Virus record (IMG/VR): IMGVR_UViG_3300017912_003721
Coordinates: 1-40,337 of that record
From: a virus
Lineage: Duplodnaviria; Caudoviricetes
Length of the DNA stretch: 40,337 bases
Reading direction: 5' to 3' (one strand)
The position numbers and the translations under genes are program-made. Under the pieces are notes generated by a model. The model searched no databases and was not told where the DNA came from. It was given only the letters and a program-made list of their open reading frames with translations. Positions 9,267-18,338 of this stretch are shown piece after piece. Position 1 is the first letter of the stretch; every line of letters starts with the position of its first letter.

Positions 9267-10273
9267 TCCGACTCCAATATCTGTTTTAAATCATTATACT
9301 CTTTAAATTTTCCTTGACCACTAACCAACACTCCGATGTTGTGTCTAGACAACTCTAGAAATTGTTTAAATTTATTATTTTTTTCATTAAGAAATGAGTG
9401 TGGATTGTCCTCATTCTTTACATACAATCTTTTTTGTGGATGTCTTCTAGCATGAACGTGTAAAACATTCTGACAAACAAACTGAATAAAGTTTTGTCCC
9501 ATCAGTTTATGAGATAATATTGATAAACCCTCATCATCATTATATAATAAACAAGATGGTATATTCACACCAGACTTTATCAAATCACTTGACAACACCA
9601 AACAAGCACCACTTATCTTTGGATGTTTGATATATGAAAAATCAAATTCATTAGCTTTAGAATTTATCTCATTCATCTTTTCTATTGACAATTGTGATTT
9701 AGCCTGTTTAGGATTTAAATGTCCGTTTTCATCATCAACAAAAACATGATCACGATAGTCTATATGAACCAACGGGTCCCAAGAACTATCCCACATTTTT
9801 CTATCTGAAAAACTCATCAGATATCTGTGTATGTTTTGTTCATCTGTATATTGAGATAAAGTCTCAATCACTTGAAATGCCTCTCTTGGAAAGAAACTAT
9901 CAGTTTCACCCCACATCACATAATCCACTTTTTTACAGTAGTTATAATTCAAATCTCTTCTATAATCAGTATGAAAATAAAACCCATCATCTTTTTTTAA
10001 CCCAATGATATCAAAATTAACTTTGTATCCTAATTTTTCAATTTCATGGACACCAGCTCTGAACTTATTTAATATATCTTCTCTGTTTATTTTTTCAGCA
10101 TCTATTTTTTCAAAATGCTCTAACACATTTAAACACAAGTCAACGGTGACATTTTCTTTATTCTCTACAGTTTCTAATAGATTTACCATACCCTTTATGA
10201 AGTCAGCATACATCTCTATCTCGAACCACATCACATGAGTTCCAATTACATATTTATTTCTTAATTTATTCAT
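9263..10273 (-). CDS. hypothetical protein, possible GT-A fold
   Basis: 336-aa ORF coupled by ATGA overlaps; DYVMWGETDSF resembles a variant DxD loop. Confidence 0.5.
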   Translation of the reverse strand: MNKLRNKYVIGTHVMWFEIEMYADFIKGMVNLLETVENKENVTVDLCLNVLEHFEKIDAEKINREDILNKFRAGVHEIEKLGYKVNFDIIGLKKDDGFYFHTDYRRDLNYNYCKKVDYVMWGETDSFFPREAFQVIETLSQYTDEQNIHRYLMSFSDRKMWDSSWDPLVHIDYRDHVFVDDENGHLNPKQAKSQLSIEKMNEINSKANEFDFSYIKHPKISGACLVLSSDLIKSGVNIPSCLLYNDDEGLSILSHKLMGQNFIQFVCQNVLHVHARRHPQKRLYVKNEDNPHSFLNEKNNKFKQFLELSRHNIGVLVSGQGKFKEYNDLKQILESE

Positions 10274-11586
10274 TTAACTACCTGACAAATTAAACCTTCA
10301 CTATCTTTTAAAAATTTGTGAGCAAACATATGTCCTTTTTGATGACCTATTTTCTTTACAATTTTAATTTTATTAGAGGATATGTATTCATCCACAGCTA
10401 CCTTTACATTTTCTTCATGTGTATTTAAACCATAATCATCAAAAATAATATAACATTTATCACCTGTAATCATAGAAAGACATCTTTCTATATCAGATAC
10501 AACTTGTTTATATTTATGTCCAGCATCAATCATAAAAACAGAAGCACCTTTTATATCTAAAATGTCACTAGAATATAAGTCAAATGGAATGTACTCGATA
10601 TTATCTATATCGGCATTTAATTTCTTAGCAGTTGTTAGTGAGTCTTCATTAATGTTAATTGTGTAAACTTTTTTATTTTTTGTGGATAAAATCTTCGTAG
10701 TTTGCCCTTTATGTGTACCAAATTCAACACAGATTTGATCTTTAAAATCTTTGAAAAAATCCCACACATCTCTCTTAAACTGATCGGATGTGGTGGTAAG
10801 ATTAACATGTTTATCCTCATTAATACTTTCAATCAAAAGGTCAATGTCTGGTGTTTTGACATAATTTTTTTTAATTTTTTTCCATAATTGTTTTATAAAT
10901 TGATCTTGAAAATCTCTTGGTATACCATTAAAATGCCAGAACCAACCCATGTCCATAAAATAATAATTTTGTAATATCTCTTTTCTAACCATATGAACAA
11001 GGTTATATTTTTCAGACATAAACTCTATGTCTGTTTCATTGTAAGCATTGAAATAATTAAAAGGAGTTTGATCAAAACCTTTTCTCACCTGTTTTTGGAA
11101 TTGAAATATGCTCTCGGCATTGTCTATGTAAAATTGTTTAAATGATTGAAATAAATCTTTATGACTTTGATCAAATAATTGAACACCTGAATTGAAGTAT
11201 CTTTCCCAATCCAAATCAATGTCTTCAAATAATTGTTTATATGCAGTTATACTTTCCCATATCCAACTTAAACCAGAATTATCTCTAACGACATATAATT
11301 TTTTTAAATCTTTGTATTGTTCAAAAATATCAGGAGCATTCCAATGAACAATTATATCAGAATCAATGTAGAGGTATCTATCATAGTCTGGTTTTAAATC
11401 AAATATAAAGTATCTAAACCAATGAGGTGTACCCACATCAAATTGTGGTTTATCAATCACATAAAAATCTATATTATATTTCTTACAATAGTGTTCCCAG
11501 CTTTGTTTTGTGGTTTTAAATATACCTGCATCGTCAACCTTCCTACCTTCTTTATTAACTGCTAGGGTGTATATGAGTTTTTTCAT
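10270..11586 (-). CDS. GT8-like glycosyltransferase fused to a class I SAM methyltransferase (Methyltransf_24-like)
   Basis: N-terminus YDRYLYIDSDII, YFNSGV, DQTPFN, WHFNG; C-terminus VEFGTHKG, IDAGH.Y, IIFDDY. Confidence 0.8.
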   Translation of the reverse strand: MKKLIYTLAVNKEGRKVDDAGIFKTTKQSWEHYCKKYNIDFYVIDKPQFDVGTPHWFRYFIFDLKPDYDRYLYIDSDIIVHWNAPDIFEQYKDLKKLYVVRDNSGLSWIWESITAYKQLFEDIDLDWERYFNSGVQLFDQSHKDLFQSFKQFYIDNAESIFQFQKQVRKGFDQTPFNYFNAYNETDIEFMSEKYNLVHMVRKEILQNYYFMDMGWFWHFNGIPRDFQDQFIKQLWKKIKKNYVKTPDIDLLIESINEDKHVNLTTTSDQFKRDVWDFFKDFKDQICVEFGTHKGQTTKILSTKNKKVYTININEDSLTTAKKLNADIDNIEYIPFDLYSSDILDIKGASVFMIDAGHKYKQVVSDIERCLSMITGDKCYIIFDDYGLNTHEENVKVAVDEYISSNKIKIVKKIGHQKGHMFAHKFLKDSEGLICQVVK

Positions 11587-11643
11587 TAACTATAACCTTA
11601 TTAATATACTAATAAATATATATTTTAAACCCTAAACAAGTGA

Positions 11644-12606
11644 TTAATTTCTAAGACGATCTCTGACATCATCACTCAACTCAACCCAACACTCATGTTG
11701 TTTGATATGTTTAGGGTGTTCAAATTTATCAAAAAACTTAATATGTTTACGTAAATCATCATCTGCAACCTTTGGTCTAACGACTATTTCAGACGATTCA
11801 TACTGATCAGCTTCATCTAATCCACGGCAAAAATCATCCCAATAAGTCCCACTTCTCTGTAATTGATCACATCTAAGTTCTCTAAATTTGTTAGGTCGTA
11901 TCCAAGCATAGTGATAGGTTATCAAATCAGTAGGATATAACATCCCATACCCCTTAATTGGATTATGATAATCAATAGTCATAAAATTATCTAACACTTG
12001 TTTATAAAACTTTCCACCCTTGTCATACCTAATACAAATTCTTCGTGTCATATATTCATTATCTAAACCTTCATACAAGTAAGGAACTATTCTCATGTGC
12101 TCAACATACCAAAAGTTTTGCATATAATCTATCCAAATACTACGAAAACCTTGACCAGGTTCTATTTGATTAATGTAACCTTGTATGTTTTCCTTATCAT
12201 TTTCATGATGGAATACATCACCTTCATATGGAAAAATATAATCACCCTCTTCAAATTTAATATCTAAATTTTCTAAGTTTAAACAAGCACTCAAATAACA
12301 ATCCGTAGAAGACATACCTTGTTTATATTCGATATTGTTTAGTATTATTTTAGTATTTGGATACTTTCGTTGAGCATCATCTACTATATTACTCAACTCT
12401 AACCAATCCCATCCTCTCTTTCCATCTAAAGTATATTTATCCAACCAATTGGAATCATAGGTTTTATTACCCTCAGTACCATTAGGAAACAATCCCTCTT
12501 GATACACTATATAATCAGGATCTATAGTATCGATAATATTAGGTATTTGACACTTAATTAAATGACTCTCAGCAAAAGTCGGAACTATAACTATTTTTTT
12601 ACTCAT
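11644..12606 (-). CDS. hypothetical protein, possible GT-A fold
   Basis: KIVIVPTF start, DYIFPYEGDVF variant DxD, YHYAWIR motif seen in GT2-like phage proteins. Confidence 0.5.
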   Translation of the reverse strand: MSKKIVIVPTFAESHLIKCQIPNIIDTIDPDYIVYQEGLFPNGTEGNKTYDSNWLDKYTLDGKRGWDWLELSNIVDDAQRKYPNTKIILNNIEYKQGMSSTDCYLSACLNLENLDIKFEEGDYIFPYEGDVFHHENDKENIQGYINQIEPGQGFRSIWIDYMQNFWYVEHMRIVPYLYEGLDNEYMTRRICIRYDKGGKFYKQVLDNFMTIDYHNPIKGYGMLYPTDLITYHYAWIRPNKFRELRCDQLQRSGTYWDDFCRGLDEADQYESSEIVVRPKVADDDLRKHIKFFDKFEHPKHIKQHECWVELSDDVRDRLRN

Positions 12607-13274
12607 ACCATATCCACGTAAAGTGTTTTATGTTTCTCAGAAAAAACATTATTAGGTTTATCCTTTGTATAATAGTATAATGCTAGTGACTTTCGATGAA
12701 TCCACCTTGGTACATTTAATGGTTTTGGGTGACCATGATAAGCAATAGTGTCTCCATCTGGTTGTGTATTGAAACAAATCATCCTATTTAATACAGGTTC
12801 TATTTCAACTTCAGCTTTTGTCAAATCTGTATTCCATAACTCAAGATTTCCATTATAACTACTTTTCCAATTATCATTTAAATACAGTATTAAATTTAGT
12901 CTTCTATGATATCCTGGTTTTTTATCAGATTGATTGAAATCAGCATGAACTTTTAAAAATCCACCACTTCCTATCATGTGTAATCCACCACCAGCTAAAC
13001 CATCATCACTAACTAAATTAGGTATTTTAAATATGCTACCTAATATACTACAAAAATAGGAACTATTCAAGTATTTTATTAAATTATTTATATTAGGTAA
13101 TTGTTGAATTAGATTTTGATCTTGACACATATATTTAATGCTATTTTCATCGTTTGATTTCCAAGTCCAAAAATCAGATTCCTCATGTGGAAACTCTTCT
13201 TCTATAAAACTTAACGTTTTTTTATCAAGAAAACTATCCCATACAATATGTGGAAATGGTTTATCCCTCACCAT
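12603..13274 (-). CDS. 2OG-Fe(II) oxygenase (prolyl-4-hydroxylase-like)
   Basis: PFPH, GGGLH, HxD (HADFN), RRLNLILYLN, YHGH, RKSLALYYY. Confidence 0.9.
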   Translation of the reverse strand: MVRDKPFPHIVWDSFLDKKTLSFIEEEFPHEESDFWTWKSNDENSIKYMCQDQNLIQQLPNINNLIKYLNSSYFCSILGSIFKIPNLVSDDGLAGGGLHMIGSGGFLKVHADFNQSDKKPGYHRRLNLILYLNDNWKSSYNGNLELWNTDLTKAEVEIEPVLNRMICFNTQPDGDTIAYHGHPKPLNVPRWIHRKSLALYYYTKDKPNNVFSEKHKTLYVDMV

Positions 13275-13683
13275 TTATTAACTTTGAAAAGATTTCGTCT
13301 ATTCTATTTTTTTGTCTACCTCTTGATTCATTTGCAACTCTTAGTTTTGCTTCATTTACAAGAAACTTTTCTAAAGTTGGTTCACCATCGGTTTTTTCAT
13401 AATAAGCAGCACCCACACCTAAATCATCTGTTACCAATTTTTCTACATCTAAGATAAGTTTAGCTTCATCAAAGGTTCTTTTTTCTCCAATATGCTCGTA
13501 ATTATGATTTTCAAAAGACTCTTCAAGTAACTGAACTAACTTTATTCTTATCTCTTTGATGACAGCCTCTTGATGTAGAGCTTCTTCTTCTTTACCATCC
13601 TTATCAAAAAAATACCATTTAATTTTTTCTGATATTAATCTATCAAAATATGCTGAAAGTGAATCTACATTTGTAACTCTCAT
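13261..13683 (-). CDS. hypothetical helical protein
   Basis: 140-aa ORF, translationally coupled; VDSLSAYFDRL and ANESR..KNRID are reminiscent of DUF4254-like proteins. Confidence 0.6.
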   Translation of the reverse strand: MRVTNVDSLSAYFDRLISEKIKWYFFDKDGKEEEALHQEAVIKEIRIKLVQLLEESFENHNYEHIGEKRTFDEAKLILDVEKLVTDDLGVGAAYYEKTDGEPTLEKFLVNEAKLRVANESRGRQKNRIDEIFSKLINGEG

Positions 13684-14372
13684 TTCAATAACTCCTTCAT
13701 CTTGTTTGTGTTCATAGTTAAGATGTTTGGAACAGGATGTTCACATTCATTTGGTTTAACTTTAGAATTGGTTTTCAATGCTAACTCATACATTGAAGTA
13801 TCCTCTCCACCAATGTTAACAATTCCAGTAGCTCCAACATTTATTAATTTTATTAATTTTTTTACTTGTTCATCGACATAATCAAAGTTACCTACTTGAT
13901 TCTTCCAAGCCTTTTCATAAGGAAAGGGTGTTGGTTTATGTGTCATTCTACATATGAGATAATTTTTTGAATAACTTTCAATATACCCATCTGCTAAAAG
14001 TTTACTATAGGTATACCAACTTTGATTGTGTATTGGAACATCAACCTCACTAGCATATTGAACTGAATTACTGTATACATAATCACTAGAAATGTGAACT
14101 AATTTTTTAGAATTATGGTATCCAATTTCTAACTCATTTACTAAATCAACTACAAATTTATAATTTACATCTATCATTGATTCTTTGTCATTAGAATAAG
14201 TGTCCGTATTCGCAATACAATTTACGATAATTTTGGAATTATCAGCTAAAATTATTGGTAATAACCTATTCAATGTTATTTTATTTTTCTTTCGACTAAC
14301 ATAATCCCAACCAGTTTGTTTTACTAACTCTGATCCTAATAATCCATCACCTATTACTAAAACCTTACTCAC
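13680..14372 (-). CDS. RmlD-like dTDP-4-dehydrorhamnose reductase
   Basis: VLVIGDGLLG, VNCIA.T, HISSDYVY, YTYSK. Confidence 0.85.
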   Translation of the reverse strand: MSKVLVIGDGLLGSELVKQTGWDYVSRKKNKITLNRLLPIILADNSKIIVNCIANTDTYSNDKESMIDVNYKFVVDLVNELEIGYHNSKKLVHISSDYVYSNSVQYASEVDVPIHNQSWYTYSKLLADGYIESYSKNYLICRMTHKPTPFPYEKAWKNQVGNFDYVDEQVKKLIKLINVGATGIVNIGGEDTSMYELALKTNSKVKPNECEHPVPNILTMNTNKMKELLK

Positions 14373-14571
14373 TGAAAACCTCTATACACAAAACGTTGTT
14401 GTCATTTATCATGATAATTCTACCATCTTTTGTTTCTAATTTAGTCATCTGACCTTGTTTTATCTCAGCAGTTTTTATACCTTCAAAAGTTCGTTTTACA
14501 CCACCAACAAAATGTATAATTTGAGTAACATAATCACCTTGTGATTTTAATGATGATTGTAAATCTGGCAT
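14365..14571 (-). CDS. small hypothetical protein
   Basis: 68-aa beta-rich ORF; TGATG coupling with the upstream gene. Confidence 0.65.
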   Translation of the reverse strand: MPDLQSSLKSQGDYVTQIIHFVGGVKRTFEGIKTAEIKQGQMTKLETKDGRIIMINDNNVLCIEVFSE

Positions 14572-15851
14572 CAGAAATCCTTAATTACACCTTTGATATA
14601 TTCAAAAACCTTGTCGGTATAATGAGGAGCAGCTCCTATAAAAAACACTCTATCCAAAACTTCATTACTAAGTGGATAGTCACCCCACTTATCTAAGTTT
14701 GAATAACCAGGATGTAACAATATATTTCCTGCAAAATAATTTCTGGTCTGTACTTTGTTTTTTTCTAGATGATTTACCAAATTAGTTTTATATTCCTTGT
14801 TCTCACAAATAATGGGAGTTCCAAACCAAGATGTTTCTGCATCTGGTAATTCTTTTGGAACATAAACATCTAAAATATCTTCTATCATTTCAGTTAATAC
14901 TTTCTTAGCATTTCTTCTTTTAACATGAATTTCATCAACCTTACCCATTTGTGCTAATCCAATAGCACCTTGAAAATCTAATGGTTTTAAGTTATACCCT
15001 AAATTGGTAAAGATATATTTATGATCCATTACACCATCATAGTTAGGTAACCAATTATCAAATCTATTCCCACAACTACCGTGAGGTAATAAATTAGCAG
15101 GACCAACACAATAACAATCTCTACCCCACCATGCCATACTACGAGCAGTAGATACTATCTCAGCATTATTACTTGAAACCATACCACCTTCACCAGTGGT
15201 TATATGATGTGATGGAAAGAAAGAATTACTCCAAGCTAAACTGTATTCCACTAATAACTTGTCTTTCCATTTTGTACCTAAACTATCACAACCATCTAAT
15301 ATCATTTCTATATTATATTTTTCACATAAACTCATTAGTTTATCCATATTAGGTGGATTGCCTAATACTGGTGATAAAAATATTGCTTTAGTTTTATCTG
15401 TTATTTTTTCTTCTATCAAATCAACATCAAAATTCAATGTATCAAATTCTATGTCAATAAAAACAGGTACCATACCATGTTGTACTATCGGAGCTATAGT
15501 TGTTGGAAACCCAACCGGTGATACTATTATCTCATCACCATCACTCCACTTCAATACTTTTTTAATAGCACCTATCATTACGAGATTGGCAGAACTACCA
15601 CTGTTTACCATCACACCATATTTAGTATTAAACTTATTGACAAACTTTTTTTCAAACTTATACACATTCTCACCAGAACTTAACCACTTACCAGTTAAAA
15701 AACCTTTTAGTGCCATCCGCACCTCTTGATTGTCCCAATATGGTCCTGAATAAAATACAGGTGTTTTACCTGGTACAAAATCTGTAAAATCATTATGTAT
15801 AAACTTTGGTTTTACTGTTAAACTATCTATTATATTATCTATATTACTCAT
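14571..15851 (-). CDS. rfbH: RfbH/DdhC (E1)-type NDP-4-keto-6-deoxyhexose 3-dehydratase, PLP/PMP and [2Fe-2S] dependent
   Basis: VNSGSSANL; SFFPSHHITTGEGG has His in place of the Schiff-base Lys; GRDCYC...C...DHKY Fe-S ligands; GYNLK. Confidence 0.85.
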   Translation of the reverse strand: MSNIDNIIDSLTVKPKFIHNDFTDFVPGKTPVFYSGPYWDNQEVRMALKGFLTGKWLSSGENVYKFEKKFVNKFNTKYGVMVNSGSSANLVMIGAIKKVLKWSDGDEIIVSPVGFPTTIAPIVQHGMVPVFIDIEFDTLNFDVDLIEEKITDKTKAIFLSPVLGNPPNMDKLMSLCEKYNIEMILDGCDSLGTKWKDKLLVEYSLAWSNSFFPSHHITTGEGGMVSSNNAEIVSTARSMAWWGRDCYCVGPANLLPHGSCGNRFDNWLPNYDGVMDHKYIFTNLGYNLKPLDFQGAIGLAQMGKVDEIHVKRRNAKKVLTEMIEDILDVYVPKELPDAETSWFGTPIICENKEYKTNLVNHLEKNKVQTRNYFAGNILLHPGYSNLDKWGDYPLSNEVLDRVFFIGAAPHYTDKVFEYIKGVIKDF

Positions 15852-16851
15852 TGATTAAACCCTTTAATATGTTGTAAAAATGTATGACTAAATTTTTTGC
15901 ATCGTATTGTTCGATAAAAGATTTTCTAAAATTATAAACCAATCTATTTCTTATGTTATCATAATCAGATAAAACGTAATCAATCTTTTCCTCTAGATCA
16001 GACCAATCATATTTTACAGCTATGTAAGTTTTATTATCTTCATAAATAAATGGTTTTGATAAAATATAACTCATATCAGGTTCGATCAATACAGAACCTA
16101 ACATAGCAGATTGAACATCTCTTGGATTCATTTCACCAAATCCAATCGGTGACATTATAATTTTAGACTTTGACATTTTCTGAAAATATTCTTCACCCGA
16201 TACCTTTTTACCATTTTCTAATCCAATGTAATTATATTTTGGTGTTATTTTTTCTAATAGTTTCTTTCTATGACTCTCGTAATATTCGTTTTGATATAAC
16301 CCATGTTCATAATTTTTTGTAATAATAGGATAACCAAACATGCAAGATATATCATATTTTTTTTCATTAAAAACATTATACCATCGTGGAGTTATCGTAG
16401 ATAACCAATTACAACCAGTTAGTTTCATTTTAGGTTTAAGTTGATCAATGTCTGGCACAGAATAATTTCCCTTTCCCCAATACATTCTACCATTAGCCCA
16501 ACCTTGTTTGTATAAATTAAAGTCTTTAAGATAACTGTTCTTTAGAAATAGTATAGCATTTGACTCTCTGAAAACGTCTATCGTTCCTATCAAAGATGTT
16601 GAATCTTGACCATCGACTATAAAATAATCACCTGTAATTTTTGATACAAATTCTAACCCCTTATCAACAGATTCTTGAAGTGGTTTCTTTTTATCTATAA
16701 TACTGGCTTGACCAACAAAGGCATAATCGTAAGTATCACCACTGGTAAACTCTATACCAACATCACGAAACAAGTTTTGTGCCATAAGAAATGGTCTAAA
16801 TGTTGTTTCATTTCTATGAACTTGATGTTCACATAACTTTATCTTAATCAT
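15844..16851 (-). CDS. GT-B/group-1-like glycosyltransferase (paralog of 7291..8307)
   Basis: MIKIKL start; SKIIMSPIGFGEMNPRD...LIEPDMS...TYIAVKYDWSDL. Confidence 0.65.
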   Translation of the reverse strand: MIKIKLCEHQVHRNETTFRPFLMAQNLFRDVGIEFTSGDTYDYAFVGQASIIDKKKPLQESVDKGLEFVSKITGDYFIVDGQDSTSLIGTIDVFRESNAILFLKNSYLKDFNLYKQGWANGRMYWGKGNYSVPDIDQLKPKMKLTGCNWLSTITPRWYNVFNEKKYDISCMFGYPIITKNYEHGLYQNEYYESHRKKLLEKITPKYNYIGLENGKKVSGEEYFQKMSKSKIIMSPIGFGEMNPRDVQSAMLGSVLIEPDMSYILSKPFIYEDNKTYIAVKYDWSDLEEKIDYVLSDYDNIRNRLVYNFRKSFIEQYDAKNLVIHFYNILKGLINE

Positions 16852-17486
16852 CTTTTTATACCACTTATCTCCTCATTATAAAATCTATTCTGTTCTACTT
16901 GTTTTTCTATTGTTTTTGGGTGTAGTATACAAAATGGTTTATCAGTTGGTAATGTAGCATAAGTTTTATAACCTGTTATCTGTTCATGAACTTTCTTTTG
17001 CCATCTGATATTTGGTCGATTACGAAATATTCTACCTTGCCAATCAGGAAAGTTTACCCATCCATTCTCATCTAATCTGTATCCATAGGCTCTACAATGT
17101 TCTTCTGTTATCCCATCTACTGTATTTATTCGTGGTAATAAAATTAAATCTATTCCCTCATTACCAGCTATGATCTCGTGTACATTTTGAATCATCCATC
17201 TACTAATCATTTCATCAGCATCAAGATTAAAACTATAATCACCACTACCCATGTTCTTTAGGTAATTCTTTTGTGAAGCAAAATCACCCAATAGATTTCT
17301 TTGTTCATATACTATATCATGTGCTGATACATAGAAATCTAATATCTGTTTGGTCTTTTCATTGTCGGAATAATCATCTAAGATAACAATCTCATCTTGT
17401 GGTTGTTTCCACTTGACTAAAAACTTTAGTAATTTTTCTAAAGTCTTGTCTTCATTATGGACTAACATAGAGTAACTTATTTTCAC
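16848..17486 (-). CDS. glycosyltransferase family 2
   Basis: EIVILDDYSD, FNLDADE, PDWQGRIF, VHEQI. Confidence 0.88.
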   Translation of the reverse strand: MKISYSMLVHNEDKTLEKLLKFLVKWKQPQDEIVILDDYSDNEKTKQILDFYVSAHDIVYEQRNLLGDFASQKNYLKNMGSGDYSFNLDADEMISRWMIQNVHEIIAGNEGIDLILLPRINTVDGITEEHCRAYGYRLDENGWVNFPDWQGRIFRNRPNIRWQKKVHEQITGYKTYATLPTDKPFCILHPKTIEKQVEQNRFYNEEISGIKR

Positions 17487-17959
17487 TTTAATATATCCTC
17501 TTTTAAATCCACTACTTGAGCACCAGTAATATTATCAAATTTATAACTACGATATGCCTTTGCAAAATCAGGATCAGCTTTTATAACCTGTTTATAATAT
17601 CTCTCAGGTGTTATCTGACTTCGTTTTCTAAATGCTGATATCGGCACTCTTGTAAAATCTTTACTAACACCAACTACCTTTTCATCCTTCTGTATTTCTG
17701 TTTGTAATCTAGTTCTAGTTAATTTAAATATTTTCTTTACTTTTGGTAAAACCAAGTAATTTAAATTTATACCCTCTATTAGTTTTTTACCTCTATCAAC
17801 ATATAAAACAAGGACAATTGGAGTGTAGTCATTAGTTTTTGCACCAGCTCGTTGAGTGCTGTAATCAAAATTTAGGATCATACCTTCCATAATCTGAGCA
17901 GTACTTATTACATGATCAGATTTTATTATTCTACTATGGTGTTTGTACTTTGTCGCCAC
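17483..17959 (-). CDS. putative T4 gp2-like DNA end-protector protein
   Basis: GMILNFDY...YTPIVLV...IEGINLNYL...YRSY resembles the gp2 pattern G.MY.F.Y...D.FPL...GLNLHYL. Confidence 0.45.
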   Translation of the reverse strand: MATKYKHHSRIIKSDHVISTAQIMEGMILNFDYSTQRAGAKTNDYTPIVLVLYVDRGKKLIEGINLNYLVLPKVKKIFKLTRTRLQTEIQKDEKVVGVSKDFTRVPISAFRKRSQITPERYYKQVIKADPDFAKAYRSYKFDNITGAQVVDLKEDILK

Positions 17960-18338
17960 TTCTTGTTTCCATCATTTGTATCACGACATAGGCATCGTAA
18001 AATGTTGGCATAGATACATCTTCGGCATTGAGAATCGATTGATCTCTTATCACCCATGTTAGTTTGTCTTCGACTATCTTTGGTGCTATCATATATTTTT
18101 CGGTTTGATATATTGCCGGTATCCACCATCGATCATTAACTTGTCTACAGACATTGATAAAATCTTTAGGATAGTTTTCTAAGATATCACCGATCTCACC
18201 TTTGTACTTTGAATTAGAAGCATACCCACAGTTTGTACACTGCATATTCTGTTGATCATCACCAAGTAATATCAGAGAGTTGTTTATATCACTCCCATCT
18301 TCTAAACACAAAGGGCATTGAACTTCTAAGAACATCAA
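17934..18338 (-). CDS. zinc-ribbon hypothetical protein
   Basis: CPLC...CTNCG. Confidence 0.7.
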   Translation of the reverse strand: MMFLEVQCPLCLEDGSDINNSLILLGDDQQNMQCTNCGYASNSKYKGEIGDILENYPKDFINVCRQVNDRWWIPAIYQTEKYMIAPKIVEDKLTWVIRDQSILNAEDVSMPTFYDAYVVIQMMETRSGDKVQTP

